A stretch of 64,000 nucleotides of DNA from an uncultured delta proteobacterium. GTDB lineage: Bacteria > Desulfobacterota > Binatia > UBA9968. The first letter of the stretch is position 1; each line of letters begins with the position of its first letter. A model generated the notes under the pieces. It made no database searches, was not told the origin of the DNA, and saw only the letters and a list, made by a program, of their open reading frames with translations. Where the stretch lies: positions 128,001 to 192,000 of the forward strand of contig CAVSHR010000002.1 in NCBI GenBank assembly GCA_963727625.1, written 5' to 3'. The translations under genes were made by a program, and so were the position numbers. Positions 1 through 9,907 of the stretch are shown one piece after another.

Positions 1-882
1 GAAAACCACGCAGTCGCGCGCTCCCTCCAGAGCGATGGCGATCATGCCGGACGGGTTGCCGCTTTGCACCTTGCCTTTAAAGAGCAGGGTCCGGCCGACG
101 AAGTCGCGCACAAACTCGTTGACCGGCGCCTCATAGAGCAGCCGCGGGTCGCCTTGCTGTTGGACGACGCCGAAGTTCATCAGGGCAATCCGATTGGACA
201 GACTGAGCGCCTCGACTTGATCGTGGGTGACGAAGAGCATGGCGATGTTGAGCCGCTTTTGTAAAAGCTTGAGGCCGATGCGCATTTGCTCGCGGAGCTT
301 GGCGTCGAGGTTGCTGAACGGCTCATCGAGCAACAGCACGCGCGGCTCGGTCACCAGGGCGCGGGCAAAGGCGACCCGCTGTTGTTGCCCGCCGCTCAAC
401 AGCGGGCCGGGACGGTTTTCGAAGCCGGACAAACCGACTAAATCGAGAGCGCGTAGGACGCGCTCGTTGATTTCCTTTTTCGGGAAGCGGCGCGCCTTGA
501 GCGGGAAAGCGACGTTTTCCGCCACCGTCATATGCGGCCAGATGGCATAGGATTGAAACACCATGCCAACGTTGCGTTTGTCGGGCGATAGGCAAAGCCG
601 TTCGGCGCTCATCACCACTGCCTGCTCGCCGAAAAAAATATCGCCGGCGTCGGGAGTTTCCAGGCCGGCCACCATGCGCAGCGTGGTCGTCTTGCCGCAG
701 CCGCTCGGGCCGAGCAGAGTGAGAATCTCGCCGTCGTGAACATCGAGGGAAAGATCGGTGACCGCCGGCTTGGCGTTGCCAGGATAGGTTTTCCATAAAC
801 CCTTCAGGCTCACGGCGATCTTGCTCGTCGGTTCGGTCGCTGACTCAGCGGAGGCTGCTAATCGTGGGGCGGCGAAAGACAT
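1..882 (-). CDS. ABC transporter ATP-binding protein (PotA/FbpC-like), 3' end runs off window
   Basis: Manual translation from ATG at 882: Walker A GPSGCGKTT, signature LSGGQQQRVA, Walker B LLLDEP; not in ORF track because it has no stop in window. Confidence 0.9.
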   Translation of the reverse strand, partial: MSFAAPRLAASAESATEPTSKIAVSLKGLWKTYPGNAKPAVTDLSLDVHDGEILTLLGPSGCGKTTTLRMVAGLETPDAGDIFFGEQAVVMSAERLCLSPDKRNVGMVFQSYAIWPHMTVAENVAFPLKARRFPKKEINERVLRALDLVGLSGFENRPGPLLSGGQQQRVAFARALVTEPRVLLLDEPFSNLDAKLREQMRIGLKLLQKRLNIAMLFVTHDQVEALSLSNRIALMNFGVVQQQGDPRLLYEAPVNEFVRDFVGRTLLFKGKVQSGNPSGMIAIALEGARDCVVF

Positions 883-944
883 GCTGCTGTTTTTCTTACA
901 CGAAACTTGAATTTGACTCTATAGGGTTGGGCTGCCCGGACAAC

Positions 945-974
945 AAAAAAAGGCACGGCGTGCCGTGCCTCTAC
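945..974 (-). terminator. Hairpin + U-tract after the cupin operon; also REP-like (GTAG foot + palindrome)
   Basis: Minus strand reads GTAGAGGCACGGCACGCCGTGCCTTTTTTT. Confidence 0.65.
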
Positions 975-1020
975 AGTGCGTTGCGGCCGATGAACTTTCG
1001 TTAGGTGATTTTCGCGCTGT

Positions 1021-2055
1021 TCAAAACCCTCTGGCTTCTTCTTTCATATAAAAGCCGAGTTTTTTCATTGCCGGCCAGTCGTCGATGGAAAAAAGAATTG
1101 TGTCGTCGTCGTTGGTGTTCTCGTGATGGTGCCAAGTCCAGGCCGGCACGGCAAAGATGTCGCCCTTGCCGTATGCTAAACGCTCGCCCTCGATGACCAC
1201 CGCTCCTTGGCCTTCGAATGCGAAGTAAAAGGTCGTGCTGTTGTGCCGGTGCGCCAGGGTCTTCTGTTTTTTCGATAACAATTGCGTCTGCCAAGCGATG
1301 GTCGGCAGCGTCGGACCGCCGTCCACGGGACCGGCGAGCATGATCATGACTCCATCATAAGGATCGCTCTCGCGGTTTTCTCTGAGCGCCATCAGCGCGC
1401 CGTAAGTATCGCCCCACGCATAGCGCATCGGCGGCAGTGGAAACGGCGCTTCATTCGCGATCGGCCGGGCCAAGCCAAGCGTGCGCTGGCCGTACGCCGC
1501 CGGTTTTCTAATCTCTTCGTGCGGCTCGTCGTTGGGCATGCGCTCGTTGATGTTGACGTTCGGATTGTAGCCGTTGTCGTAACCGTCGATCCAGATCGCC
1601 GGCGTGGTGTCCTTGTTCCAGTGGTCGTGAAAGGTCCAAGCCGGGCTGATGATCACGTCGCCACGCTCCATCGGATAGGCTTCGTACTCGCAGACAAAGA
1701 CCGCGTCCTTGGGCGCCTGGCAAACCAGCCGTGTTTCACTGCGCAAATTGCGGTGCGCTTGGGTGCGCTCGCCGGGCATTAATATCTGCGCGTTCATCCA
1801 GATGGGAAATCGCTTTGCTTCGATGCCGACCACGGAGCGCATGCCGGTCATGCCGTTGGGCCCGACGGTGACGATCTCGCCCGAGCGCATCAGGCCGCGG
1901 TAGATGCCGTCCCAGCCCCAGTGTGCTGCGGTGTTGCCCTGGCGTGGCATCGCGTGCCCGTCGCGCCTCAGCCCCGCGCCGACGAGGTGGTGCTCGCCGA
2001 GAAACCGCTCCAGATCTTCATGGGTGGTGCCGACGTCGCTCATCGATTGCTCCAT
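1021..2055 (-). CDS. Gentisate 1,2-dioxygenase-like bicupin
   Basis: Two cupin motifs: AHRN...PAWTFHDH and AHRHNS...PAWTWHHH; GGPTLPTI segment. Confidence 0.8.
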   Translation of the reverse strand: MEQSMSDVGTTHEDLERFLGEHHLVGAGLRRDGHAMPRQGNTAAHWGWDGIYRGLMRSGEIVTVGPNGMTGMRSVVGIEAKRFPIWMNAQILMPGERTQAHRNLRSETRLVCQAPKDAVFVCEYEAYPMERGDVIISPAWTFHDHWNKDTTPAIWIDGYDNGYNPNVNINERMPNDEPHEEIRKPAAYGQRTLGLARPIANEAPFPLPPMRYAWGDTYGALMALRENRESDPYDGVMIMLAGPVDGGPTLPTIAWQTQLLSKKQKTLAHRHNSTTFYFAFEGQGAVVIEGERLAYGKGDIFAVPAWTWHHHENTNDDDTILFSIDDWPAMKKLGFYMKEEARGF

Positions 2056-2161
2056 AATACTGAACCTTCCGAGCCGATTGGAACCGTCGGAACTTTTGGA
2101 ACCATTGGAACGGTTCCAGGTGTTCCAAACGCTCCAATGGCTCCAGGTGTTTTCGGATCAT

Positions 2162-3316
2162 TCACTGGTCCAGATGAAAGTATCGCACACAGTTATCGAC
2201 CAGCATGGCGCGCAGTTCGTTTTCCGGCACGCCGGCGAAGTCCTCCGCCAGATACTTTTGCGAGTTGGGGTAATCGCTCGCCGCATGGGCGAAGTCGGTG
2301 CCCCACATGATCTTGTCGTAGCCGATCGCCGCGCGCCGTTTGATGCCCACGGGATCGCGGAGAAAGCCCCAGTAGTTACGTTCCTTCAAGTACTCGCTCG
2401 GCTTGCGCTCCAACCTGGGCAGCCCCCACGCTTCATGGATCATGCCCATGTAACGTTGGTAATGATCATCGACTTGCCACAGGCCGTATTCAAACCAGCC
2501 GATCATGGTTTCCGCCCAGTAGAACTCGAGTTTGGGAAAACGATCCCACACTCCCGCGAAGGCCATCTGCAGCGGCGCGGTCATCGCATCGTTGGTGAAG
2601 CGGGTGAAGAACTTGAACGCGTCTTTCTGATGCACGTCGTGGCCGGGATCCTTCGAATAAAGATAATCAGGCTCGCCTTTGCCGGAACCCATGTTGCCGT
2701 TGTTGTGGTTGGTGAGCGCGATGCCGAGATCAATCGCCGCCGCCCAGAACTTATCGTCTTCCATGGTCGGATAACTCTTGCCGCTTGGGTAGCGGTCGAG
2801 TTTCACACCCTTCATGCCGAGCTTGGCGCAGTGTTTCATTTCTGTAATCGCGTCGTCGACGTTGGTAGTCGGCAAGGTGCCCATGCAAACCAGCCGATCC
2901 GGCGCGGGGGCCATATACTCTTTGGCAAGAAACTCGTTATAGGCGCGGATGCAGTCGCGATAAAGATCGTCATCCTTGGTTTGGCGCAAAACGAAGGTGA
3001 TTTGCGAAAATAGCACTTCGCAATCGATGCCATCCTGGTCCTGTTCGGCCAAGCGCTGCTCGGGTGACCCTGTGCCGGCGCAGGTTTCGAAAGTCGGTAC
3101 CTGCTTGGCGAGGTCGGCGTGGGCGACCCGCACGCTGCGGGTAATGCCGATGGTATTCGGCTTGCCACCGTCGATGACCACGGCGTCGGAGCCGTTCGGC
3201 ATCTTGACCCGCTTGGGTGCGCGGTCGCGATATTTTGCTTGGACGCGGTCGCGCCAAATGTCGGGGTTGAAATCGATGTGACCATCGCCGGAGATGCATT
3301 TATACTGACGAACCAT
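2162..3316 (-). CDS. Amidohydrolase family protein (Amidohydro_2)
   Basis: ISGDGH N-terminal metal motif, RLAEQDQDGID, AYNEFL, IMWGTDFAH. Confidence 0.85.
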   Translation of the reverse strand: MVRQYKCISGDGHIDFNPDIWRDRVQAKYRDRAPKRVKMPNGSDAVVIDGGKPNTIGITRSVRVAHADLAKQVPTFETCAGTGSPEQRLAEQDQDGIDCEVLFSQITFVLRQTKDDDLYRDCIRAYNEFLAKEYMAPAPDRLVCMGTLPTTNVDDAITEMKHCAKLGMKGVKLDRYPSGKSYPTMEDDKFWAAAIDLGIALTNHNNGNMGSGKGEPDYLYSKDPGHDVHQKDAFKFFTRFTNDAMTAPLQMAFAGVWDRFPKLEFYWAETMIGWFEYGLWQVDDHYQRYMGMIHEAWGLPRLERKPSEYLKERNYWGFLRDPVGIKRRAAIGYDKIMWGTDFAHAASDYPNSQKYLAEDFAGVPENELRAMLVDNCVRYFHLDQ

Positions 3317-3370
3317 TTCCTCAGTCCTTTCGGGGTTCCATTGTTATTTTTAGATTGACTATCGCTGCTC

Positions 3371-4330
3371 TTACACCGCGGCTTTTTTCATCGGCGCAGG
3401 CGTGAGGGCGGCAAGCTCGTCGAGGAAGCGTTTCATATTTTCTTCGTAGAGCTTCATATGTTCCGCCGAGAGCGGCTTGGTCGGCCAGCGCGGATATTCT
3501 TTTACTGTCAGGCCGCGCAGGCGCAGCCCCTCGAGCGTGATCCGCCGGCCGTAGGCCCGGATCGGCGCGATCCGTTCGCCATGCTGGAGCAGCAAGACCT
3601 GGATTTTCTGCGCTCGGTCTAAGTCATTGGCCCAGATTGCTTCGATCAGCTGCACGCCCGCCTCCGGCACGGTCACGGGCGATCCGGCAGCGATACTCCC
3701 GGCGACGCCGATCAACATGCCCGGCAACATCTGCGTGATCGGGATGAAGATTACAAACTCACGGGAGAGCACGCGCAGGTAGTTGACGGCAAGGTCGATG
3801 TTTCCCATCGCCAGTTTGGCGGCGAAGATGTTGGGCATCTCGTCGCGCATTTTCTTCATCATCGCCGGCGGGATCGGATAGCCGGAGTATTCCGGATTGT
3901 TGTAGAGCAGGACAGGCATGTTCACTTCTTTGTCGACCATTTTGTAATGTTCGATCAGCTCCCATTCGTTGCGGTCGCTGTAGTAGTAGGGACCGACGAT
4001 GCCGACCGCATCGGCGCCGATCTGCTTGGCGTGATGGCCGAGTTCGATGCTGGTGTAGGGCTCCACCGCTCCGATCTGGACGATGCAAGGGACCCGTTTG
4101 TTGACCCGCTTGACCACGGTCTCGGCGATCACTTTGCGTTGCTCGATCGTGGTCGCCGGGCCCTGGCCTTGGGAGCCGAGGATGAAAAAGCCGTGCACGC
4201 CGGCGTCGAGATACCAGTCGGCGAGCTTTTCCATCATCGACAGATCGGGTTCGCCTTTGCCGTCGAACACCGCCGGGATCGGCATGATCAGTCCTTTTAC
4301 GGTCCTTTTGAGTTCAGCTACGGTTGCCAT
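3371..4330 (-). CDS. Dihydrodipicolinate synthase/N-acetylneuraminate lyase family aldolase
   Basis: GVHGFFILGSQGQ, GPYYY, LLYNNP, Schiff-base Lys in IFAAKLA. Confidence 0.85.
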   Translation of the reverse strand: MATVAELKRTVKGLIMPIPAVFDGKGEPDLSMMEKLADWYLDAGVHGFFILGSQGQGPATTIEQRKVIAETVVKRVNKRVPCIVQIGAVEPYTSIELGHHAKQIGADAVGIVGPYYYSDRNEWELIEHYKMVDKEVNMPVLLYNNPEYSGYPIPPAMMKKMRDEMPNIFAAKLAMGNIDLAVNYLRVLSREFVIFIPITQMLPGMLIGVAGSIAAGSPVTVPEAGVQLIEAIWANDLDRAQKIQVLLLQHGERIAPIRAYGRRITLEGLRLRGLTVKEYPRWPTKPLSAEHMKLYEENMKRFLDELAALTPAPMKKAAV

Positions 4331-4374
4331 GAATTTCTCCTTGTTTCTTGGTTGCGAATGACTCCGCTATTTTC

Positions 4375-5436
4375 TCAGGCCGATTCTTCGCGGAACAGTC
4401 CCAAGCTTTCGAGCACCGGCCGGTCGGTGACGGAAAAAATAATCGCCGGCTCTTTTTTCGACTTGTTTTCGAAATGATGCCAATTCCACGATGGCACGTA
4501 AAAGCAATCATGCCCGCCCCAAGCCAATTCCTTGGCGGCGCTGCGGGATTGACCGACCGAAGTAACGCCCTGGCCTTGAACGACATGGTAGATGGTGCTG
4601 CTGGTGTGGCGGTGCGGCGTGGTGCTCTCACCCGGCGGGATCATCTGCGCCCAGCAGCCGATGGTCGGCATGGTCGGCCCGCCGGTGAGCGGGTGGGCGT
4701 ACTCGAGCAAGACGCCGTCGTTCGGATGGCGCTCGCTTGCCGCCGCTACTTCGTTCAGTGCGTGTAGAGTATCGCGCCATTTATATTTGTACGGCAAGGC
4801 GGCTTTGCTGACGCTCGTCATACGCGGACGGACTGCGCCATACTGTTGTTTGCAATACCCGTCGCGCTTGATAATCGGCTGGGCCGGGCCTTCACCGTAA
4901 TTTTCGTGGAACACGGCGTCGAGATGGTTGGACAAATGGGAATCCAGCACGTCGAGCCAGACCAAATTGCTCTTGCCCGCGTTATAATGATCATGCCAGG
5001 TCCAATTGGGCGTCAGAACCAAATCGCCGGGCTCCATCAGCATCTCTTCGCCTTCGACGTTGGTGTAGCCTATGCCGTCTCCTTCGACGACGAAGCGCAG
5101 CGCCGCTGCGGTGTGGCGGTGACATTCGGCGCGTTCCCCTGGTTTGACCAGCTGGATCGACATCTGCAACGTGCGCGAGGTGGCTTTCTTGTCGGTGAGC
5201 GCCGGATTGACGAGCTGGACCGTGCGCCGTTTCGCGGCATCGTCGATACCGCCCAATTTGACGACCTCGCCGGACTCCATCAAACATGAATGAATTGCCG
5301 ACCAAGGCCAGACATAGGGCACGAGGTCGGGATTTTTCGCGCGCGTTTGCCAGTGTCCGCCAAGCGAATGCTGCGCCAGGCGGGCATGAAGCGCCTTCAG
5401 TTCCGGGGTTTCGGGTACGGCGTGAGGGTCACTCAT
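4375..5436 (-). CDS. Gentisate 1,2-dioxygenase-like bicupin
   Basis: RRTVQLVNP, HRHTAAALRF, TPNWTWHDH, WLDVLD; start moved to MSDPH ATG. Confidence 0.85.
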   Translation of the reverse strand: MSDPHAVPETPELKALHARLAQHSLGGHWQTRAKNPDLVPYVWPWSAIHSCLMESGEVVKLGGIDDAAKRRTVQLVNPALTDKKATSRTLQMSIQLVKPGERAECHRHTAAALRFVVEGDGIGYTNVEGEEMLMEPGDLVLTPNWTWHDHYNAGKSNLVWLDVLDSHLSNHLDAVFHENYGEGPAQPIIKRDGYCKQQYGAVRPRMTSVSKAALPYKYKWRDTLHALNEVAAASERHPNDGVLLEYAHPLTGGPTMPTIGCWAQMIPPGESTTPHRHTSSTIYHVVQGQGVTSVGQSRSAAKELAWGGHDCFYVPSWNWHHFENKSKKEPAIIFSVTDRPVLESLGLFREESA

Positions 5437-5596
5437 GGTTGGTCTCCGATCGGTCAATCGATAAATCCACGGGGCTCGACGGTAGGTGGCCGCACGATTC
5501 AACGGGTCAGTGCTTACTGTCAACTTCAATTCGCTAACAGTTCGGAAGGGATCTTGTCAAATAGATAAGCTGATTGTTAGTATTCACGAAACAAAT

Positions 5597-6544
5597 ATGA
5601 TCGATCTACACAAATTGCGCATCTTCTGCGCCATCGTCGACAGCCAGAGTTTCTCAGTCGCGGCAAGCGAGTTGCGCTTGTCCCAGCCGGTGATCAGCAA
5701 CCACATGCGCCACCTGGAGAGCGCCACCGGCATGGCGCTGATCGACCGGAGCAAACGCCCCGTCGGTCCCACCGAAGCCGGCAAGCTGCTCTACGACAGC
5801 GCGAAAAGGCTCTTGAGCGACATGAATGAAGTCGAAATGCTGGTTGCCGAACTCAAGAGCAATAGCGGCGGCCGCGGCGAGGTGGTGATCAGTGCCATGG
5901 GCATGCTCGGCAGCGCGGTGGTGCCGCCCCTGGTGGCGCGTTTCCGCGAGCTACACCCAAGAACGGAGTTCCACGTGATCGTCGGCAGCTCGCGCGACGT
6001 GACCAGCCAGACGCTTTCCGGTTTGTGCCATTTCGGTTTGCTGATCTCGGAGAAGCCGCCGCCGTTGCTGGCATCGCGATCGGCCGGGCCCATTGAGCTG
6101 GTCATCGTTGCGGCGAGCGATGGTCAGGGCGCGGTAAAGCCGCGATCGGCGGTCGAGCTCATCAAGCAGAAGGGGCTGGCAGTGCCTTCCAAGAAGATGC
6201 AGTTTCTCGCCGTGCTGGAAAAGATGCTCAAAAGACGCGGCGTCAGCAACCCGCCGGTGCGCTACGACGTGGGCAGTTGGGAGGCCGCCAAGGTCACGGT
6301 TTTGCGCGGCTCGGGGGTGACCATCCTGCCGCGCCAGTGGGTCGCTGAAGAGATCGCGCGCGGCCAACTGCAAGAAATAAAGCTGGAAGGCGAGCGGCTG
6401 TGCGCCCCGGTGTTTATCATCCAGAAGCCGCGCAAACCGTTTCCGCCGGCCGTGCGCCGTTTCCGCGATTTTCTCATCGATGAACTTTCCGCCGCGTCCC
6501 GCGAAACGAATCAACCTGCGGGGAGCCACGTGGCGAATTCGTAA
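5597..6544 (+). CDS. LysR family transcriptional regulator
   Basis: HTH LHKLRIF...SFSVAASELRLSQPVIS...LE; PTEAG; divergent from cupin operon. Confidence 0.9.
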   Translation: MIDLHKLRIFCAIVDSQSFSVAASELRLSQPVISNHMRHLESATGMALIDRSKRPVGPTEAGKLLYDSAKRLLSDMNEVEMLVAELKSNSGGRGEVVISAMGMLGSAVVPPLVARFRELHPRTEFHVIVGSSRDVTSQTLSGLCHFGLLISEKPPPLLASRSAGPIELVIVAASDGQGAVKPRSAVELIKQKGLAVPSKKMQFLAVLEKMLKRRGVSNPPVRYDVGSWEAAKVTVLRGSGVTILPRQWVAEEIARGQLQEIKLEGERLCAPVFIIQKPRKPFPPAVRRFRDFLIDELSAASRETNQPAGSHVANS

Positions 6545-6722
6545 GTTCCGGTTTCATTCGCAAATCCCGACTGGAGCTTTCCCAGAGCGGACAACCGCTA
6601 GGCAGTTGACGGCGAGCGCCGCGGGGCTCGATTCCTTTGCTGCCGGCTCTTTTAGTGATAAGAGCTGAATGCGCTTCACGTGTTTTCAGCACGAAAATCA
6701 AAATCGATCAGGAGAAACGATC

Positions 6723-7673
6723 ATGGCCAATCCAAAACTCAAATTTTACTTTCGCGAGCCGACCATCGACACCAACATGCCGATCACCGATGGCACGGTG
6801 AAGCTCGACGGCTTCGAGTGGGAATTCGTCCCCAACGAAGAGGGGTGCGACGCCTGGGATTGCGGCTTCGCCGCGAGGGTGCGCGCTTACGTTCAGGGAG
6901 CGGCGCATATTTCCATTCCGGCATTTCCCAACCGTAAGTTTCGCCTGGCTTACATTTTCGTTAACAGCAAGGCCGGCATCGAGAGCGCGAAGGGTCTGGA
7001 GGGACGGCGCGTCGGCATCATGCAATGGGATAATACCGCCGGCGTCTGGGCGCGCGGCGCGCTGCAGCATTATTACGGCGTCGATCTCAAGCGGATCAAT
7101 TGGCTTGCGCCGCGAGTCAAGAAAGAAGGCGTCGTTGAAGGAATTCGCATCGAGAAGATCGAAGGCGGCGGCGATGCCGATCATTTATTGGACAACTTGC
7201 TGATCGAGGGAAAGATCGACGCGGTCATCGGCCCCAATTTGTTGCCGTCGATTTCGGCGCGGGATCCGCGCACACGCCGTTTGTTTCGCGACTACCGGAC
7301 CGAGGAGCAGAACTATTTTAGACAGACCGGGATCTTTCCCACCAGCCATATCGTGACCCTGAAACAGCCGTTCGTCGATCGCCATCCCGAGGCTCCGGTG
7401 GCACTCCTGAAGGCTTTCCGCAAGTCACGCGATATTGCTTTTGGACGCCTCGAAGGCTCCGACCCGCAGGTTATTGCGTATTCATGGGTTGCCGCCGCCG
7501 TCGCCGAGCAGCGCGAGCTCATGGGCGAAAATTATTGGGCTTACAACGTTGAGAAAAATAAGACGGTACTGGAAGCAATGACCCAGTACGCCCACGAGCA
7601 GGGATTGTCGCCGACGAGGATCGAGTATACAACGTTTTTTCATCCGGAAGCGGCAGGCTATCCCGGAGCCTAA
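6723..7673 (+). CDS. 4,5-dihydroxyphthalate decarboxylase-like / SBP-fold protein
   Basis: IPAFPNRKFR, TAGVWARGALQHYYGVD, YFRQTGIFPTSH, YAHEQGL; RBS AGGAG upstream. Confidence 0.75.
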   Translation: MANPKLKFYFREPTIDTNMPITDGTVKLDGFEWEFVPNEEGCDAWDCGFAARVRAYVQGAAHISIPAFPNRKFRLAYIFVNSKAGIESAKGLEGRRVGIMQWDNTAGVWARGALQHYYGVDLKRINWLAPRVKKEGVVEGIRIEKIEGGGDADHLLDNLLIEGKIDAVIGPNLLPSISARDPRTRRLFRDYRTEEQNYFRQTGIFPTSHIVTLKQPFVDRHPEAPVALLKAFRKSRDIAFGRLEGSDPQVIAYSWVAAAVAEQRELMGENYWAYNVEKNKTVLEAMTQYAHEQGLSPTRIEYTTFFHPEAAGYPGA

Positions 7674-7894
7674 ATCGTGTCGGGGCACGCGCCGCATCCC
7701 AACGGAGCGGTCTTGTTTGGCGACTTTCTCTTCAGTCCGGAAGGTCAAAAATTCTCGAAAGTTTCGAATACGGCAGCGCGGTGAAGGAATATGGCTTCAA
7801 GCGATGGTCCATGAAAAAAGGCATGTCAATCGAACAGCTCGAGCGCGAAAGTGATCGCTGGGAAAAGGGGTTGCGCGATTTGGCCAGAAGGTAG
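7674..7894 (+). pseudogene. Orphan 3' fragment of an extracellular solute-binding protein (Fe3+/polyamine ABC type)
   Basis: Translates HAPHPNGAVLFGDFLFSPEGQK, then after a one-base shift in an A-run ILESFEYG...DLARR*; no start codon. Confidence 0.6.
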
Positions 7895-7998
7895 CGTGGG
7901 TTAGCGCCCTGGTACATGAGAAATTTGCATCCGTCGAGTAAGTGTCATGAGCGGACAGCAGCGACTCAGAAAATGTTTTGTGATTCGGAGTCGCAGCG

Positions 7999-9237
7999 CT
8001 AAGTCTCGGAGAAATGTAACAGAGACGCGATCGCATCGAGATGCGCAATCGAGTAGACGAGAACGGATACGACGCAGAGAGCCAGGTAGCCCAGTTGCAG
8101 CCGCTCTGCGCGATCGAGGGATCTTGGGCGGCGGAGGCGGCGTGGCAACCTCGGCATCAGCGCCAACGCCTGATGTCGGAGCATCGGCATGGCCGCCAGA
8201 TCCGCGAGAATGTTGTAGCCGTCCATTTCGAGGAAGTTGAAGGGGTAGAGATTAATCAAGGCGCCTTCCCACAGCATCACGCCGATGCCGAACAGCAATG
8301 CCTGTCCGATTCCCGGACCGGCCGCATGCGCGCCGATGATCGCGGCGCTGCCCAAAACGACTTCGACCATCGGACCCGATAAGTCGACGATTACACGGGC
8401 GCTCCGGCTGGACATGAAAATATCGGTGACGTCGGCGTACCACGCCGGCCGCACCCCCTGCAGCAGAAAAAAACCCAACTCTCGAACCCTGCGGCCGTAG
8501 GATTTGCACGCGAGCGCATGGACGAGAGTGTGCAGCATGGAAGCGGTGAACAGGGTGACCAGCATGGTGCCGGTGACGGTGAACGGCCGTGCTTTCAGAT
8601 AGTAGGCAAAAATTTGCGCGCTCAAGCCATGGCGGAGCGCCAGCGCGATGGCGACGGCCGCAAGGCCAATCGCTGCCCAGCAGGTGATCGGATGAAACAG
8701 CAAGAAGCCGCCGCGATCGTAAATGATCGAGCAGAATCGGTCAGCGTTGGGAACTTTGAATGAGGCGCCGCGCCATCTTTTTAGCGCGGATTTAAGACGG
8801 TGCGGCCGCCCCTGTTCGTGGGCACCGGTAGGGTTGGGTCGTAAGTCTCTGCCCGGTTGAGTTTCAAGCAGACCGCTGCCGTAGAGCTTGGCCAGCAACT
8901 GGCGGATCAACGAGTGATCAAAGGCGCCCACTGTCAGATGAAAAGCCCGGGCGATTTCCTCAAGTGAATGACGGCCGTCGAAGTATTCCCAGAGAAAGTG
9001 TTCCTTTGCGTTGAGCAGCAGGTAGCGGTCCACACCGAGATTTCTGAGCATGTAGTGACGCGTTCCATCCGCACCCAGCGGTTGCGGTGTGAGCTCCCAT
9101 TCTGTTGCCGGTAAACGCCGCGGTTTATACGCCCAATAGAGCCGCCGACTTTCAAGCTCGATAATCTGAAAGTCGGCAGCGCCGGTACGGCGAGTCAGCA
9201 ACTCGAGTTTGGCTGGTTCGGCCATCGAAAGGATCAA
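7999..9237 (-). CDS. PqqD/RRE-like N-domain + M50 (site-2) peptidase-like membrane protein with degenerate HExxH
   Basis: RYLLLNAKEHFLWEYFDGRHSLEEI (PqqD-like); LHTLVHALACK; YADVTD; SGPMVE; NLYPFNFLEMDGY; several TM segments. Confidence 0.7.
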   Translation of the reverse strand: MILSMAEPAKLELLTRRTGAADFQIIELESRRLYWAYKPRRLPATEWELTPQPLGADGTRHYMLRNLGVDRYLLLNAKEHFLWEYFDGRHSLEEIARAFHLTVGAFDHSLIRQLLAKLYGSGLLETQPGRDLRPNPTGAHEQGRPHRLKSALKRWRGASFKVPNADRFCSIIYDRGGFLLFHPITCWAAIGLAAVAIALALRHGLSAQIFAYYLKARPFTVTGTMLVTLFTASMLHTLVHALACKSYGRRVRELGFFLLQGVRPAWYADVTDIFMSSRSARVIVDLSGPMVEVVLGSAAIIGAHAAGPGIGQALLFGIGVMLWEGALINLYPFNFLEMDGYNILADLAAMPMLRHQALALMPRLPRRLRRPRSLDRAERLQLGYLALCVVSVLVYSIAHLDAIASLLHFSET

Positions 9238-9746
9238 GTAGACTTGCGGCCGAACGAAGGATACTCGACCATCGTTGAATATCCGGTCGCTTCCAGGCCC
9301 CAGCGTATAGCCTCGCGGGTTTGTTCATTGGTCATGCGCAGTCTCGCAATAAAAACATTCACTAGCCGGTAGCAAATTCTGGCGGCCATTTCGGGGTAAT
9401 CTGTGAGGATGTGCTGAAAGGCCTCGCGGTCGAGGCGCCAGAGAATCGCTTCGGATTCCGCGTGCGCGGTGGCGGACCGGGGTGCGGTATCGAATAGTCC
9501 CATCTCGCCGAAAAAGTCGCCTCGCTGAAAGCGAGTCAGGACGATATCAACGTCGCCTTTGACATGCTTACTGATGATGATTCGACCGCTTTCCACCAAG
9601 TACAGCGCGTCGGAGCCGTCCAGCTCGCGAAAAATCACTGCTCCCGCGGGAATTTTCTTCGAAACCAGGAGCGCCGCCAAGTTTATCAGGGCCGGCTGAT
9701 CCAGGTCCTGCAACAACGCGACGCTTTTTAGAAACTTTGCAACCAT
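9234..9746 (-). CDS. Cyclic nucleotide-binding domain protein (no obvious HTH)
   Basis: IFRELD..DALYLVESG, GDFFGEMGLF..APRSATA. Confidence 0.85.
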   Translation of the reverse strand: MVAKFLKSVALLQDLDQPALINLAALLVSKKIPAGAVIFRELDGSDALYLVESGRIIISKHVKGDVDIVLTRFQRGDFFGEMGLFDTAPRSATAHAESEAILWRLDREAFQHILTDYPEMAARICYRLVNVFIARLRMTNEQTREAIRWGLEATGYSTMVEYPSFGRKST

Positions 9747-9907
9747 GGGCGTGGTCCGATACGAAATCGGTAGCAATGCTATCCGCACCGGGCGTGAAAC
9801 GCAAAGAACCGGCAAACGCTACCGTTCCGCGGCGCGCATCATTCCCCGTCGGCAGTGCCGCGGCACTGCCGATCTCAATTGCTAAGGCGTAAAATTTGGC
9901 GGTGGCT

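Noticed and set aside
1904-3013. Long opposite-strand ORFs (also 28878-29957, 55590-56555, 56455-57582, 59059-59943)
   Set aside because: Shadows of well-supported genes on the other strand, common in GC-rich DNA; no recognisable motifs
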